This document shows, piece after piece, positions 1-13,017 of a stretch of DNA of 64,000 nt. Below the pieces are notes generated by a model. That model was given only the letters and a program-made list of their open reading frames with translations, was not told where the DNA came from and did not search any database. Positions within the stretch are counted from its first letter, which is position 1. The number at the start of each line of letters is the position of its first letter. The position numbers and the translations under genes were made by a program. This DNA comes from Eledone cirrhosa (taxonomy: Eukaryota): NCBI GenBank assembly GCA_964016885.1, contig OZ024744.1, forward strand, positions 93,930,001 to 93,994,000. The letters run 5' to 3'.

Positions 1-109
1 GTTCAAAGATTTTAAAATTTCTGTTTTTGTTATGCTGTCCAATTTGAAACTTTCATAGAAGAGAGAAGTCTGGTAGTAGTAAGAAGGGAAAAAAGTCAGT
101 TTCCATTCT

Positions 110-325
110 TTGGAAAGGCATCTCACTATCTCTCTCATTTTTGGGCCCTTAAAAAATCACAATCTTTTATATTATATTTGAAAAGGCATCTCACTATCTC
201 TCTCATTTTTGAACCCTTAAAAAAATCACAGTCTTTCATTTTATATTTGGAAAGGCATCTCACTATCTCTCTTTTTTTCTGAACCCTTAAAAAGTCAGTT
301 TTTCATTTTATATTATATTTGAAAA

Positions 326-410
<85 letters not shown>

Positions 411-490
411 CCTTAAAAAATGCGTGTTTGATTTTATATGTTTGGAAAGGCATCTCACTATAACTCTCATTTTTGGGCCCTTAAAAATCC
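110..490. repeat. ~68-bp tandem minisatellite interrupted by a (CT)n microsatellite
   Basis: Unit GAAAGGCATCTCACTATCTCTCTCATTTTT..CCCTTAAAAAATCAC.. recurs near 112, 180, 250, 320 and 445; pure (CT)n at ~329-405. Confidence 0.8.
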
Positions 491-586
491 CAGCCTTTAC
501 CTATGTAAATAAGCAGTTATTTTGGAAGTAATTCACCTAATTTTGTAAAATGCATAACAACCCATTATTATTTCTTTGTAAAATGG

Positions 587-790
587 CAGGGGGTTGGCAG
601 TATCGGTATGCTTTTTTAGCATATAGTTATCCACTTCACGTTCTGTATTCAAATCCTGCCGAGGTTAGCTTTGCCTTTCATCCTTACAGGGTTGATAAAA
701 TAAAGCACCAGTAACACACTGGGGTTGATTTTAATCGACTTTCTCCTTTTCTTTTAAATTGCTGGCCTTTTGCCAAATGTAAAAACAATT
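587..790 (+). mobile_element. tRNA-type SINE, family A, diverged copy
   Basis: B-box-like TTCAAATCC, core GCCTTTCATCCTTAC..GG.TGATAAAATAAAG.ACCAG and tail TTGCTGGCCTT.TGCC shared with about 20 other copies in the window. Confidence 0.75.
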
Positions 791-1301
791 ATTTCTTTGT
801 AAAATACATAACAACTCGTTAATATTATTATTTCTTTCCACATACAATGAACATTTTATTGCAAATATAAAATAAGTTGTAATAGTGGATATATATTTCT
901 TTTAATTTAAAAAAAAAATGATTGTTAAAATAAAATTAAAAAAAGAAATTTAGTAATTCCATAAAATATTGTTTTATTTTAAATTCACTTTGTACAATAT
1001 TGAAATTGTCCTGTCCACAGAATTACTCTTAACATCCTGAAATGACTTAGCAGAAAATATCAAAAAATAAGTTTGTTAATTCAAATGTTTATAGTATTTT
1101 TTACCAGTAAACAAATCTTTGTGAAAATTTGCAGTAAACTAAAAATGTGATACAGTCATAGTACTGTTTTGTACTTTTCAACAATGTGGTTTAATGTGAT
1201 ACAGTCATACATAAGAATATGTAATTATGTAGAATATCTTAATACAGAAAGAACGGGAAAAAAACGAAGATAATACGTTGTTAGTTGGATAGATTGTCAT
1301 A

Positions 1302-1468
1302 TTTACAAAAATGATACGCGATGGGGCCCACCCACAGCCCCGGCAGACAGAATGGAGAAGGCGTTTTCCCGGAGGACGGCAAGGGAGACGCGCTGGAAAA
1401 GCCACTCCAATTCGCGGGGCTCACACCTGCGACTGGCCAGCTTAGTGCCTATGGTGGTGAGTAAGGAG
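1302..1468 (-). pseudogene. 3' end of a CRE-type (RLE endonuclease) non-LTR retrotransposon, left part
   Basis: Minus strand translates SLLTTIGTKLASRRCEPRELEWLFQRVSLAVLRENAFSIL..*, the usual RLE C-terminal helix. It continues the frame ..AVETSGVLGPRATS found at 3881-3940. Confidence 0.8.
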
Positions 1469-3880
1469 TGTAGTGACCTGCATTCCGCGGGCTCATATAC
1501 ATTCTCCGTGCGTTATTTGGTTCAGCTCAGCCAATGACCGCCAGCGGAGGAGAATGTATCTCTACGCGCCCTGAGGGGAAAATTCCCGCGTCGATTGGAG
1601 AAATCTCTCTTGCAGCCCGACAGTGCTAAGGTAAAACGACTGCTTTTCTTTCGCCCTGAAATCACTGGCCAATATGTAACAACAATTTAACCACGGCCTG
1701 GCAACACTTCAGCCAGTAGACCGTGCCTTTCTGAAATCTTAATTCATTTGTTTTATTTCTCTTGGCATCTCAGCTCCACTCAGCTCAACCTTATTAATAA
1801 ATAATGTAAAACAAGCTAAAGTCGTTGATATTCCTATCATATCTTTCTACCAAACTGGTTACTCATGGCGCTATAACTATTACATCACTACTTCTATAAC
1901 TCTGCTAAACTGGTAATTATAATAGGACTACTACATCTATATAATACTGCTAAGATGGAGGAGTATATAAGTATGAAATGCTCCTTTAAAATATATACAT
2001 CAACAATACTTTCTGTTAAAAGTGGTGACCCCGAGAAAAAAAAATAATAGGAACTGGTGTTGTATGTTATAAAATATTTTTAAAAAAATTAATTAGCAGT
2101 ATTTCATAAAACTTTTTAAACACGAACACGAGGAAATTTCAAAATGGCTACCGACAAGTCCTCTACCAACAACAGCAGCAGCAGCAGCGACAACATTGTT
2201 TAACCGCTGACAACGGAATAGCGATGTGGCAGCTTCATAGCCTTACCAACGCAACCACCACACCTGCCTCGCTACAGCAGTGACTCGAGAATTAAAACAC
2301 CAACAGTCTTCTCACCACTATGGCGTCAGATGTGGCGTTCATAATAATGGTGACTCTAAAGTTGTCTTCAGCCGTTTGACTTCGATTCTACTGAAAATTT
2401 ACTGTGACTTCACTTCGATAACAACAACAACAATTCTACTAGCTTCCCAAATTTTAGAGGCAATGTTCGGACATTTATTTTTTAAAACTATTATATGAAA
2501 ATTCATTTTTCTCCATCATTGTATATTTGACTGCACGCACACATTTTCTTTGCTGTATTACATGCCTGCATATGCACACACATTTCTTTGTCACACACCA
2601 ACATGTTGTTGTCTATAGTATGTTATATTCTGCGAGATCCCTTTTCACCTGGTGGAGGTACCAAAACATGCTATCAACACTTTGCAGCTTAATTCACCTG
2701 CACTGCAACACGAGAATGCTAATTGCAGCTGGATTCAAACAGTTCCGCATCTTGTTGCACACTCATTGTCCTATAGCATAACAACCTCCATCTTGTTACT
2801 TTACCCGACTCACTGGGAAAACAACAAATGGAACTGGACCTGTCAGCATTTCCACCATTTCTATGGATTCGCCAGAATAATGGAATTTACACTTCAACTT
2901 GCTTTTTTTTCTTTTCAAAGCAACCAGCCATTTTTTCCTGGCTGCCTAGCACTTCCAGCAATTCATCTGCGAGGCCTACAATTTCTCGCCTACCCATCAT
3001 CTTCTTGCCAGCTTTGCTACATAACAGCCATACAGTTCTGGTAAAACATGAACAGCACCATCATTGACAACAGCTACTGGTAAACTACCATAACAGCTTC
3101 ATCCACAGCTACTGGTACAACACTTACCATTAACATTTTATGCAAGAACAGCAACTTCGTCCATGTCAGACTTTATCCGTTTTCTGTTAGACCCCTGGTG
3201 GTCACGTATAACTAGCAAAACAGCTAGTCATTTGACACAGCAGCTCAACACGGCCCTTAGCGCCTCATTTTTCTTCTTGCATGCATTCTTTTGTTCAATC
3301 TTTTCTTCATTGATGTGCTCTTTCAGCATTTTTCCCTGCTAATTCAATAATCTGTATCGTCTTGCAACTAGAAAGGGGGTATTGTAGTGGGCTCATATAC
3401 ATTCTCCGTGCGTTATTTGGCTCAGCCCAGCCAATGACCGCCAGCGGAGGAGAATGTATCTCTACGCGCCCTGAGGGAAAAAATTCCCGCGTCGATTGGA
3501 GAAATCTCTCTCGCAGCCTGACCGCTAAGGTAAAACAACTGCTTTTCTTTCGCCGTGTAATCACTGTCCAATATGTAACACAACAACTTAACCACGGCCT
3601 GGCAACACTTCAGCCAGTAGACCGTGCCTTTCTGAAATCTTAATTCGTTTGTTTTATTTCTCTTGGCATCTCAGCTCTACTCAGCTCCACTCAGCTCAAC
3701 CTTTGTTAATAAATAATGTAAAACAAGCTAAAGTCGTTGATATTCCTATCATATCTTTCTACCAAACTGGTTACTCATGGTGCTATAACTATTACATCAC
3801 TACTTCTATAACTCTGCTAAACTGGTAATTATAATAGGACTACTACATCTATATAATACTGCTAACATACATTCCTGTTA
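1469..3880 (+). mobile_element. Non-autonomous (internally degraded) LTR retroelement; LTRs 1469-2018 and 3383-3880
   Basis: Two ~0.5-kb direct repeats begin TGTAGTG and end CTGTTA. PBS TGGTGACCCCGA at 2023-2034 is complementary to the tRNA-Trp 3' end. PPT AGAAAGGGGG at 3370-3379. Flanking duplication AAGGAG at 1463-1468 and 3881-3886. No recognisable pol in the 1.36-kb interior. Confidence 0.88.
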
Positions 3881-4490
3881 AAGGAGGTAGCCCTGGGGCC
3901 GAGGACACCAGAAGTCTCCACTGCTAGGGGTACGACTGCAAACCTGTCGGAGAGTGACCGGTATTTGAGGAGTTTGACCCCCTCAGCCCGACGTGCAGCA
4001 GAACCTGGTTGCAGCTTCAGAAAGTGTCGGTGCAAGTGGGATCCCACCGTGGAACGGGAAGATGGTCATGCCATCTGGCCTTTTGCCAGCCCACTGGCTC
4101 GAGCTGGGAAGGGAAGCCTGCAGTGTCCAAGCCATGCTTAATGACCTCGTTGAGGGCAGCATGGCGGGTAAGGCAGCTGGCACGGTGGAGGCTGAAAGAG
4201 TTCACGGTGGATCCACAGCGACATTGGTGCGGCTGGCAGATCCGGAGGCCGAGCCTCAGGGAAACGCCGATGCGCAGGCTATGGTTGTCTAGCTGCGTGC
4301 CAGTGCAGGGCATGGAGCCAGGCACCACTGTGGGGTTTGGAGGCCGCACGAAAACAAGCAAGGCGGTGCTGGCCGAGCTTGCGCGTGAGCAAGTCCCAGC
4401 CGGTCCCATGTCTCACAGGCTGCCTCATGTTCTCTGAACACAAAGGGTTCTGTTGTATTTTGAAGAACCCTGCTGACGAGGATGCGGTTT
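3881..4490 (-). pseudogene. CRE-type non-LTR retrotransposon remnant (Zn-knuckle and RLE domain), right part
   Basis: Frameshifted ORF pieces LRLGLRICQPHQCRCG..RHAALNEVIK, KRPDGMTIFP, WDPTCTDT and PLAVETSG match the PD-(D/E)xK RLE motif series. Confidence 0.85.
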
Positions 4491-4674
4491 GTACTTTTCA
4501 AAAATGACTTGCTAATGTGGTTTCATGTGGTACAGGACATTAAGAGTTAACCCATTTGTTACCAACCCAACCCAAACCGTCTCCAATTCTATGAAATAAA
4601 ACCACCAAATTTTAAAGGTTTCCAATTTAAATTTAAATCTTCCCAGATAATGTTATATAAGAATCTTACATCAA

Positions 4675-4871
4675 CCCTTTAGTGTTCAAACTGGCCAGAA
4701 TTCTCTACCTCTTTCTGTTGAAACTGGCTGTAACTCGTCGCTCAAACTGATGTTAAGGTATTGTTCTCAAAATAAATACTTTCAAAATCTCATAGATTCG
4801 ATATTATGTGAGATAAAGCCTTTACCATGAAAATATAATAGTATATATAAAATAATGTGAATGCTAAAGGG
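4675..4871. mobile_element. TTAA-type (piggyBac-like) MITE, family 1
   Basis: Same ~200-bp sequence as the copies at 12600-12819, 19773-19980, 33250-33454, 38279-38486 and 39200-39420; termini CCCTTTA...TAAAGGG. Confidence 0.75.
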
Positions 4872-5039
4872 TTAAGTTTCTATCTTTGTTAACAACCAGG
4901 CCAAAACCAGCTCTGGTTCTATGAAATAAAACCACTACATTTTAAAGGTTTCCAATTTAAACATATCTTCCCACATAATTTTATATAAGAACTTTACATT
5001 AAGTTACTACTTTACTCTTGTCACAAATTTCAAACACTG

Positions 5040-6680
5040 ATCATGTCCCACCTTCAGAGGCTGGATCGCTGCCATGCACAACAGCATCTGCTCAGTAGTC
5101 AAAGTAAATGGCTATCCATTGGAGCCATTTCAAATCATGTGTTCCATCCATCATGGATGCCCTCTTTCCTCCCTTCTGCATGTACTGACTCTCGAGCCAC
5201 TACTGTGGAAGTTGGAGCTGTTGTAAGGCATACCACTTGAACCAGGACTGAGAAAGGCAGTCTCAGTTTATGCCGATGACGTAACGGTAATGGTGTTGGA
5301 AACCTCAGAATTCGGGTTAATCAGCAATATGTTACAGGAATACGAAACGTTGACAAGAGCAAATATATACCCAGACAAGTCTGTCGGTTTGCAACTCGGC
5401 ACATAGAGAGAAAGGCAAACCCATGCCGTCTGCCAGTGTCATTGGACGCTGGACAGAAGGAGTGGTAAAATTGCTCGAGGTCTGGTTTCATCCAGACCTC
5501 CAGGTGGTATTTGCGCTCATCCAAAAGTGAACTGAACATAAACTCTCTTTAAAAGGTCAAGTAGAAGTGGTGAACACTTACATAGCATTTGTCATAAACT
5601 ACCACTTGACGGTCGTGCCTTGTCCCCAGGATCACCTCACCAAAATGGAGCGTCTACTCTTACAGTTTTTATGGAAGAGATAGGTCTCTTAGTGAGGAGA
5701 TCCATCTGCTGCCAACACCCTTCATACAGGGGGCTGGGCATGCTGTGATTGATGATGCACAAACATGCGCTGAGGCTTGCCATCTCCAGGTATTCCTGAC
5801 CGGTGAACCAGTGTGGTTGTCATTCATGAGACAAGCTTTTCTACAGCTCATCTTGCTAACGGAACTGCAGTCCTGGATTAAAACTGGGCTCCTAGTACAT
5901 AGAGTGCACTCAGGCGCTCACAGTCCTCTACCAGGTGGAAACTTCACTCTATAGGGGTTTAGTGGAGGATAAGTGTGACAACGTTCTCAAGAAGATGCTG
6001 GGTGTCAAAGAGGATAAACTGGCCAGTCTATTCCGGAGGACTTTCAGTCCAGGGCCTCTGGATAACTTCCAGAGGTCTCTGAGCTGGCAGTGCTACCGAG
6101 AAGCTCTACCAGTTTGAGACAAAATCTACAGGTTCAGACCTGTCCAAGATGCGAACAGAACCCCGAAACTGTTCAGCAGGCAATTGTTCAGTGCCCAGGG
6201 GTGGCCAACCTGTGGAATTATGTTGAGCAGCTATTGTCACATGTAGGATGAAACCAGTTGTCAGCTGAATCCATCGTGAGGGTTACCCTGCAACCTCCAT
6301 TTAACACCAAAGGAAAGGCGGTGTGCCTCTGTCTGGTGGCTATGGCCAAAGAAGTGACATGGTAGACAAGATGATAAGGACTGAGGGCGAACACCTTTCT
6401 CTCTGGACAACAACTCAGCCCCTTCTTTAAATTCCACTTAAGAAGGAAAGTAAGAGTGGAAAAGAGGTGCTGCACCCCAGTAAATTCGCTGAAAGGTGGG
6501 TGAATGTAGTGAAGATGGCGCAAGTGAATGGGGTTTCTCTGTATATAAACCTGTAGGTTGAGGAAGACAGGATCTCTTGCAAAACATGGTGTTGAGGGTT
6601 GTTCTATCTGTGGGGTGTAAACGACCCCACAGAACCCCCCCCCCTCCCCCTATTGGGGATTTCAATTTTGAAACTGTTAA
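5040..6680 (+). pseudogene. Degraded L1/Tx1-clade LINE ORF2 3' half
   Basis: SVYADDVTV at ~5262-5288, then LDNFQRSLSWQCYREALPV and a zinc-finger remnant. The same family occurs on the minus strand at 39700-40290. Confidence 0.75.
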
Positions 6681-7539
6681 ATTTGTTTATTTGCTTACAT
6701 GTAAAACCCCTGCAGTCACGTTTTGTAATGTGGCAAATACAGAAATCTATCTTAGTTACCAAAACCAGCTCTGGTTCTATGAAATAAAACTACCTATTTT
6801 AAAGGTTTCCAATTTAAATTAAAATCTTCCAACATAATTTTATATAAAAACCTTACATTAAGTTACTATCTTAGTTACCAACCCTGCCAAAACCAGCTCT
6901 GGTTCTATGAAATAAAACCACCCATTTTAAAGGTTTCCAATTTAAATTAAAATCTTCCAACATATTTAGTAAATCCCTCTAATTCTGCATTAATTAAAAT
7001 AGAGTGCATTTTATTTTAAATGCAGTCATGAAAGGGTTTAAAAAAAGTGTATGAAAATATACTTTTTTTTTCAATTAGCATTAAAAAAAAAAAAAACTAG
7101 CTATCAAAAAAAAAAGATAAAAGTGAAATAGAATGTATTTCATTAGAAATATGGCCATGAAAGGGTTATTTAGGAGAGAATTGTGAGAAATAATGTGACA
7201 AATAAAATATATATTGGACTATGTAGTGTTTCAGTTACTTCCCTTTATATTCTGAATTTACTTTACCTTCTCCCTGTGGTTAGAAAAAGCTATCTCACTT
7301 ACTGCTTTTCATAGGCGCCGCTAAATTCCACTGCTGGTCTCTCCTCTTCCACGTGCGTCCAACTGCTTAACACCGGGAGCTGCCAAAACTCGCGTCCACA
7401 CCGTTGCTGGTCACCACTAGAGAGGGCCATCTGCTGGCCCTTCCGGTCGAGCATCCTTCCGGCCAAGCACCCTTCCGGACGAGCACTCCCCCGCTTCCGG
7501 CCACCGCACGCCACACCATACCCACACGCCCCCCTGATC

Positions 7540-8232
7540 TCAAGGATCAATTCCCCCCTCGTCCTTCTGCATACGAAAGTCTGCTGTCCAGGTTGGTGTT
7601 TTGCGACTTCTTTGCGATCTCTGCAGTGTTGGGGCAGAACTTTGGGTTTCCTCTTCCTCGGAGTCCGTTGACACAGTGATTCTACGGACATCCAGGACAT
7701 GATGTGGTACTCCGTCCACGGACACATTGTTCTGGGAATTTACGGTCTTCACCGTTCCCCTTCCCCATTGAGATGTGCAACGTACATCTGGGGGCTTAAC
7801 CCAGACTTCTTCACCCACCTGCACGAATGCACTCTCTCTCCCCACTGGCCGTTGTGGTGGCGTGCACGGGTGCCGCCACTCGTATCTGAATATTGCTCTG
7901 TGTGGCACCGATTCTTCGACCTGTCCCACCCGAGGGGACATGTTGTACCAGAACACTGCCTCCATTGGTGAGATATGGCCCCGCTCCGCCATTGCCTTGA
8001 TCGTCCGGTGGTGTCGCTCCACAATTCCATTCCCGCTCGGCCTGTGCGCTGCTCTGAAGAAACGGTCCACCTTCCATCTATCGAACTTCTCCCTCAGCGC
8101 CTCCGAGCGGAACGCTGTGCTGTTGTCCATCAGCAGTTCGTACACAGGGCCCCGCTCCAAGAACACCTCTCTCAACGTCCGCATGATTTCCTCAGCCGTT
8201 CCAGTCTTCATCTCCCTCCATACGCCATCCAT
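7540..8232 (-). pseudogene. Integrase core and C-terminus
   Basis: ELLMDNSTAFRS..RPSGNGIVERHHRTIK (DDE core). Confidence 0.9.
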
Positions 8233-9521
8233 CCTGGTCCACAGTCGACCATCGAGAGGTACGTTCCCTGCCGGTAGTGCGTTACATCCACCGCCAATCG
8301 CTTCCAGTCACGATCCACCGGGAGGCTTCCCGTTTTGTGCACACCCAGGGCGGGATCAATGGACTGACATTGGACGCAGCCTCTAACCACCCTTTGAACA
8401 CTGTATCTGTTAACGTTTGAGTCGATTCTCCTGGCTAGGAACAGGCTCCTATCCACTCCCATGTGGTGCTTGTCATGCAACCCTTTCAGATCCGACTCGG
8501 TCAGCCGACACACGGCAGCTATCTCATCTTCTACCTCCTCCGGCGCTTCCATCCAGGCTTTCTTCACCCTAGTTAAGACGTCCACCCTATTTTTCTCTGA
8601 GGGCATGAACACTACGCTCAGCCTCAGGTCGAACTCGGTGGCCAGCTCTCCTAACGTTCCCAGGCGGTGCTTTATCAGCATCTCCACCGCCCCTCTCGTT
8701 CGCACTCTCTTCTCACTGGTGAGCACTGATCTCACCCATCCGAGTACAGTAGCCAAGTCGGTGCGTATCTCGATGGTGCGCAGGCCCCACCTCAGAGCGA
8801 GGTTCACCCCTCTCAACACTGCGTCCAGTTCGGCCACATTGATGTGGTTGCAGTCGTCCTTCTTCCTAAGCCAGGCTACATCCTCGACCTCGACACCTCC
8901 TGTCTCCAACGTGACACCCAGCGCTATGCTGCTGGCATCGCACCATACGGTCCCGCTCTGCAATTTGGGAATGTACCAGCGTCCCCGCACTGGGTCGTCG
9001 GCCTTCACCCTCCCCACGATCTCCTGCATCATGGCCACCGTCCTCTCTCCCACTCTGTCACTCCAAGTCACCCCTCCCGCTCGTCTCTTGACATAGCTGC
9101 ATGCCATCCGGAGTCACCCAGCGATCGGGTAGTAACCGACCAACTTCCCACACACTGAGAAAAGCTCCCACCTACTCATACTTGGGCCCAGTTCTGGAAC
9201 TTCATTTCCCCTCTGGAATACCAAGACGCCCGTCCTGTCTCGCCGTAACCTAAGTCCCAGTGCGGCTCCTCCCTCCAACGCTTCTGATGGCTTCGCAGCC
9301 AGTCCATACCCCTGTAAATGGCTCGTGACCTCCACCGCCGACACTACAGACTCGTCCACTAGGATGTTGTCAATGTAGGAGTTAGTGGCCATCTTCATCT
9401 TGTCGGCCTTTCCCAGAATGGTCTTGAGGACCGCCACCATGATCTTCAGTGCAGAGCTCAGCCCGAAACCGAGCCTGGTCAGGCAATATGTCCGGCCCTT
9501 ATACCTGCCAGAGCTTTTCAT
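8208..9521 (-). pseudogene. Reverse transcriptase (partial) and RNase H, with the integrase zinc-finger region
   Basis: YCLTRLGFGLSSA..SYIDNILV; WCDASSIALG..HINVAELDAV..IRTD; HDKHH..CVQC. Confidence 0.88.
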
Positions 9522-9844
9522 CTATATGCAATTGCAAGTATGCCGACTTTAGATCTACGATTGCTGAACCTCCCGTCATGCATCTCACGCAGGGTTTCCC
9601 CACAGACATCCGTGACCTCGCCACCCGGGGCATGACACGTGCTCGTTCAGCTCTCGAAAGTCCAGCACCGGCCTCACCTCGTTCTTCGTGGGTTGCGCCA
9701 CCGCCATTAACGGCAATACTCCGTACTTCACCTCCTCTTTCCAGGGAAGCAGTATGCCCTCCTCAATTCATCTCTCTACCTCTCGCTCGAACTCGCTCCT
9801 AATGTTCCTCTTCAATGTGTGTTGATAGCAGCCCACTTTGGTCT

Positions 9845-10297
9845 TCAGTGTTGGTGGTTCTCCCTTCCAGTACCACTCAACAATCCATCGAACACGGCAT
9901 TGAAGTCTTTGTCCTGCACAGTGTAAGCGGGGTATTTCTCCTCGTGGGCCTTCAGGTTCTCCTGTCGCTTACTCACAGCGCATACCGATGCAGCGGCGCC
10001 AAACGACACACCGACGTTGTTCACTGTGACACCTCCTAGACGGCCAATTGCGTCCATGCCCATAACCACGCCGATCCCATCCACCACGTTGTCAACTACG
10101 ATGGCAGAAAGCCTTATTTTCCTTCCCCGTACCGCTATCTCCACCTCGCTGCGACCTCGGCATTCAATTTTCCTGCCGTCGACTGCCCTTATGCTGCTCT
10201 TCCCTCTCCACGCCACCCCCGCGGTCACCAGTGTCGTCGTACAGCCCGTGTCCACGAGGGCTCGCTGTGACTTGCCCCTCTCGAAGACTTCCACCAC
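9845..10297 (-). pseudogene. Retroviral-type aspartic protease
   Basis: ALVDTGCTTTLV active site and VVMGMDAI motif. Confidence 0.9.
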
Positions 10298-10308
10298 GGG
10301 CAGCGCCT

Positions 10309-11024
10309 CTACTCATAAGGGGCAACTACCGGTGCAGTAGTTCCCCTTGGATCGTTTCCCTGGTCGCAGCTAGTAGCGATGTGGCCTGGTCGCTTACACT
10401 GGTAGCATATTATCTCCGGCCTCAACTCTCTACAGTCTCTCGCCATGTGCGGGCCCTGGCACCTAAAATAGCGACCTCTAAACGTTCGCGGGCAACCGCG
10501 TGCCATGGTTGCCTCCCTTTCACCATTTCACTGCCAGCTGTCTTGAGCCTCTGTAGTTGCCATCGCCGCAACACTCTTCTTGGCATCTTCTGCTATGATA
10601 CGGGCTTGTTCCACCAGTGAACACATCTCCATTTCTTTTAACCCGGGACTTGCTGCAGTTTCACCGCTATGTCGTCTGGAAATCCATTTATGAATGCCAA
10701 CCGCACCGTGCGTTCGCATTCCACCTGATATCCAGCCAACATGGCCAATCGCCGTATTTCCGCTGCGAAAATGTCAACGCGTTTACCGTTCCATCTAATT
10801 CTTGCCATCATGCGCCTCTCAATCTTTTGCGCATCTCTTTGGCTGTGTTCGTCCAACTCAAGGAAGAGTACCAACACGTCCCTCTCGAGGTACAGTGCCA
10901 TGAGGCCAGCCACATCTTCTATCTTCTGTAAGCTTGCGACCAGCCGGACTTTTCGCAACCAAGCGACATCGTCTTCACCGGTAAATGCCCTAATCGCTTC
11001 GTTCGTTTGTAGTCTCGTCGCCAT
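10309..11024 (-). pseudogene. gag with CCHC zinc knuckle(s), disrupted
   Basis: MATRLQTNEAIRAFTGEDDVAWLRK..; CYQCKRPGHIATSC. Confidence 0.85.
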
Positions 11025-11644
11025 ATCCTAATTTGTCTTGCGGTACGTGATAAAAAAAAACAACAGACTCCTCTCTGTTTTTCCAGTAGCTTTTTTTTTT
11101 TTCTTTTTTTTTTTCAATCAGATCTCAGTTTCCAGTGCCGAAATAGCTTGTGGTTAGAAAAAACTATCTCAATTACCGCTTTTCATAGGTGCCGCTAAAT
11201 CCCATTGCTGATTTCTCCTCTTCCACGTGCGTCCAACTCATTAACACCGGGAGTTGCCAAAACTCGCGTCCACACCGTTCCTGGTCACCACTAGAGAGAA
11301 GCCGATCTGCTGGCCCCTCCGGTCGAGCACCCTTCCGGCCAAGCACCCTTCCGGTCAAGCACTCTTCCGGTCGAGTACTCCCTAGCTTCCGGCCACCGCA
11401 TGCCACACCATACCCACAGATTTAGTATCTAAATTTACATTACTCTATATTTACTATTGTATTTTCATGATAGAGGCTTTACCTCACATAATTATCTCAC
11501 ATAATACCGAAGTGCCATAGTATATTTCCTAGTGGACAGATTGTTGTGAAAATTTGTAGTATTATCTCTTAACATCGTGTAATGATTTAGTAGAAAATAT
11601 CTAAATATGAGTAGAAACAATTATTATTACATATATATATATAT

Positions 11645-11940
11645 CTATCTAGGGTGGGTAAAATTTCCTGAAATCCATGGAAGAGTTCTATCCAGCAGTC
11701 TCTGTCCTTCATCATTGCCACTATGCCCCGCGTCTCCAAGAGACTAGTGCCTGTCCTTAGGGCATCAATATATGTCAACCTCGGTCTCCCTCTTCCAGTG
11801 TGTTAGTGTAGGAGCTCCTACAGGACCACTGAAAGCAGTGTCAACTCTGAATGTCCAACTAAACTCAGCTTCTTCTGTGTTATTTTTGAGCTGACTTTTG
11901 GGAGGCTCCCGTACAGCTCTCAGTTCTTCATCTTCAGTGC
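11645..11940 (-). mobile_element. 3' fragment of an RTE-type LINE (same family as 42086-42606)
   Basis: Colinear similarity to both halves of the 42-kb copy; ends in a (TAGA)/(TA) tail. Confidence 0.75.
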
Positions 11941-12599
11941 ATATATATGTATAGAAATGCACTGATAATCAAATTGGCCAATCACCAATTATCTACTTTA
12001 AAGTAATTATGTACTGTGATATGAAGATGTATATTGCAATTAATTGTTATCAAAAAGTTTGTTGACCTTGTGATGAGCCCTGGAAACTGATCTTTGATCT
12101 CAATCTGGTGAACGACAACAACCTGAGGCCAACTCATACACAAAAAGAAGAAAAGGTTTAACCATTTAGCATTTACATTACTTTATATATACTATTATAT
12201 TTCCATGGTAAAGGCTTTATCTTACATAATTATCTCACATAATATCGAATCTGAGATTTTGATATAATTTATTTTGAGAACAATACCATAACATCAGCAT
12301 GAGCGACTGGTTACAGCTGGTTTGAGCAGAAAGAGGTGAGAGAATTCTGGCCCAATATGGCCGGTTTAAATGCTAAAGGGTAAAAGTTAGAATGAGTAGC
12401 CGGTTACAGTTGGTTTGAATAGAAAGAGGTGAGAGAATTCTGGCCAGATATGGCCACCAGTTTAAATGCTAAAGAGTTAAAGAATATTCCTTATTGTTTC
12501 ATCTAAATTGTGTCAAAGAAAACCCCATACATTTTAATATTGATTTCTAATTTAGGCACAGGGCCAGCAAACTTTAGAAGTAGAGGCAAAGTTGATTAA

Positions 12600-12819
12600 C
12601 CCTTTAACATTTACATTACTCTATATTTACTATTGTATTTTCATGGTAAAGGCTTTATCTCACATAATATCTCACATTATATTGTATCTATGAGATTTTG
12701 ATGTTATTTATTTTGAAAACAATACCTTAACATAAGTATGAGCAGCCAGTTACAGCCAGTTTGAACAGAAAGAAGTGAGAGAATTCTGGCTGGATATAGC
12801 TGGTTTAAATGCTAAAGGG
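12600..12819. mobile_element. TTAA-flanked piggyBac-like MITE
   Basis: TTAA|CCCTTTAACATTTA...TAAATGCTAAAGGG|TTAA, inserted into a family A SINE. Confidence 0.85.
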
Positions 12820-13017
12820 TTAAATCAACCCCAGTATTTGAGAGATACTTTATGCCTCGCCTCATCTCACTGGATGATAGGCAAAGTTAACATTGGTGGG
12901 ATTTGAACACAGAATGTAAAAAGTCATAACTAGATACCACAAAGAATTTTGTCTGATGCTTAACTGATATTACCAATCCATTTTAATATCGACAATGAAT
13001 ACAACCTTCCTAGTACT

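Larger units (their letters stand above)
7275..11418 (-). mobile_element. Gypsy/Ty3-type LTR retrotransposon, frameshifted; LTRs 7275-7526 and 11149-11418
   Basis: LTRs have TGTGG...CCACA termini and a G-rich PPT next to 7527 on the minus strand. Domain order gag (CCHC) - protease - RT - RNase H - integrase. Confidence 0.93.

Noticed and set aside
2652-3067. ORFs inside the first LTR element as a gag or cargo gene
   Set aside because: Short, overlapping and without recognisable motifs.
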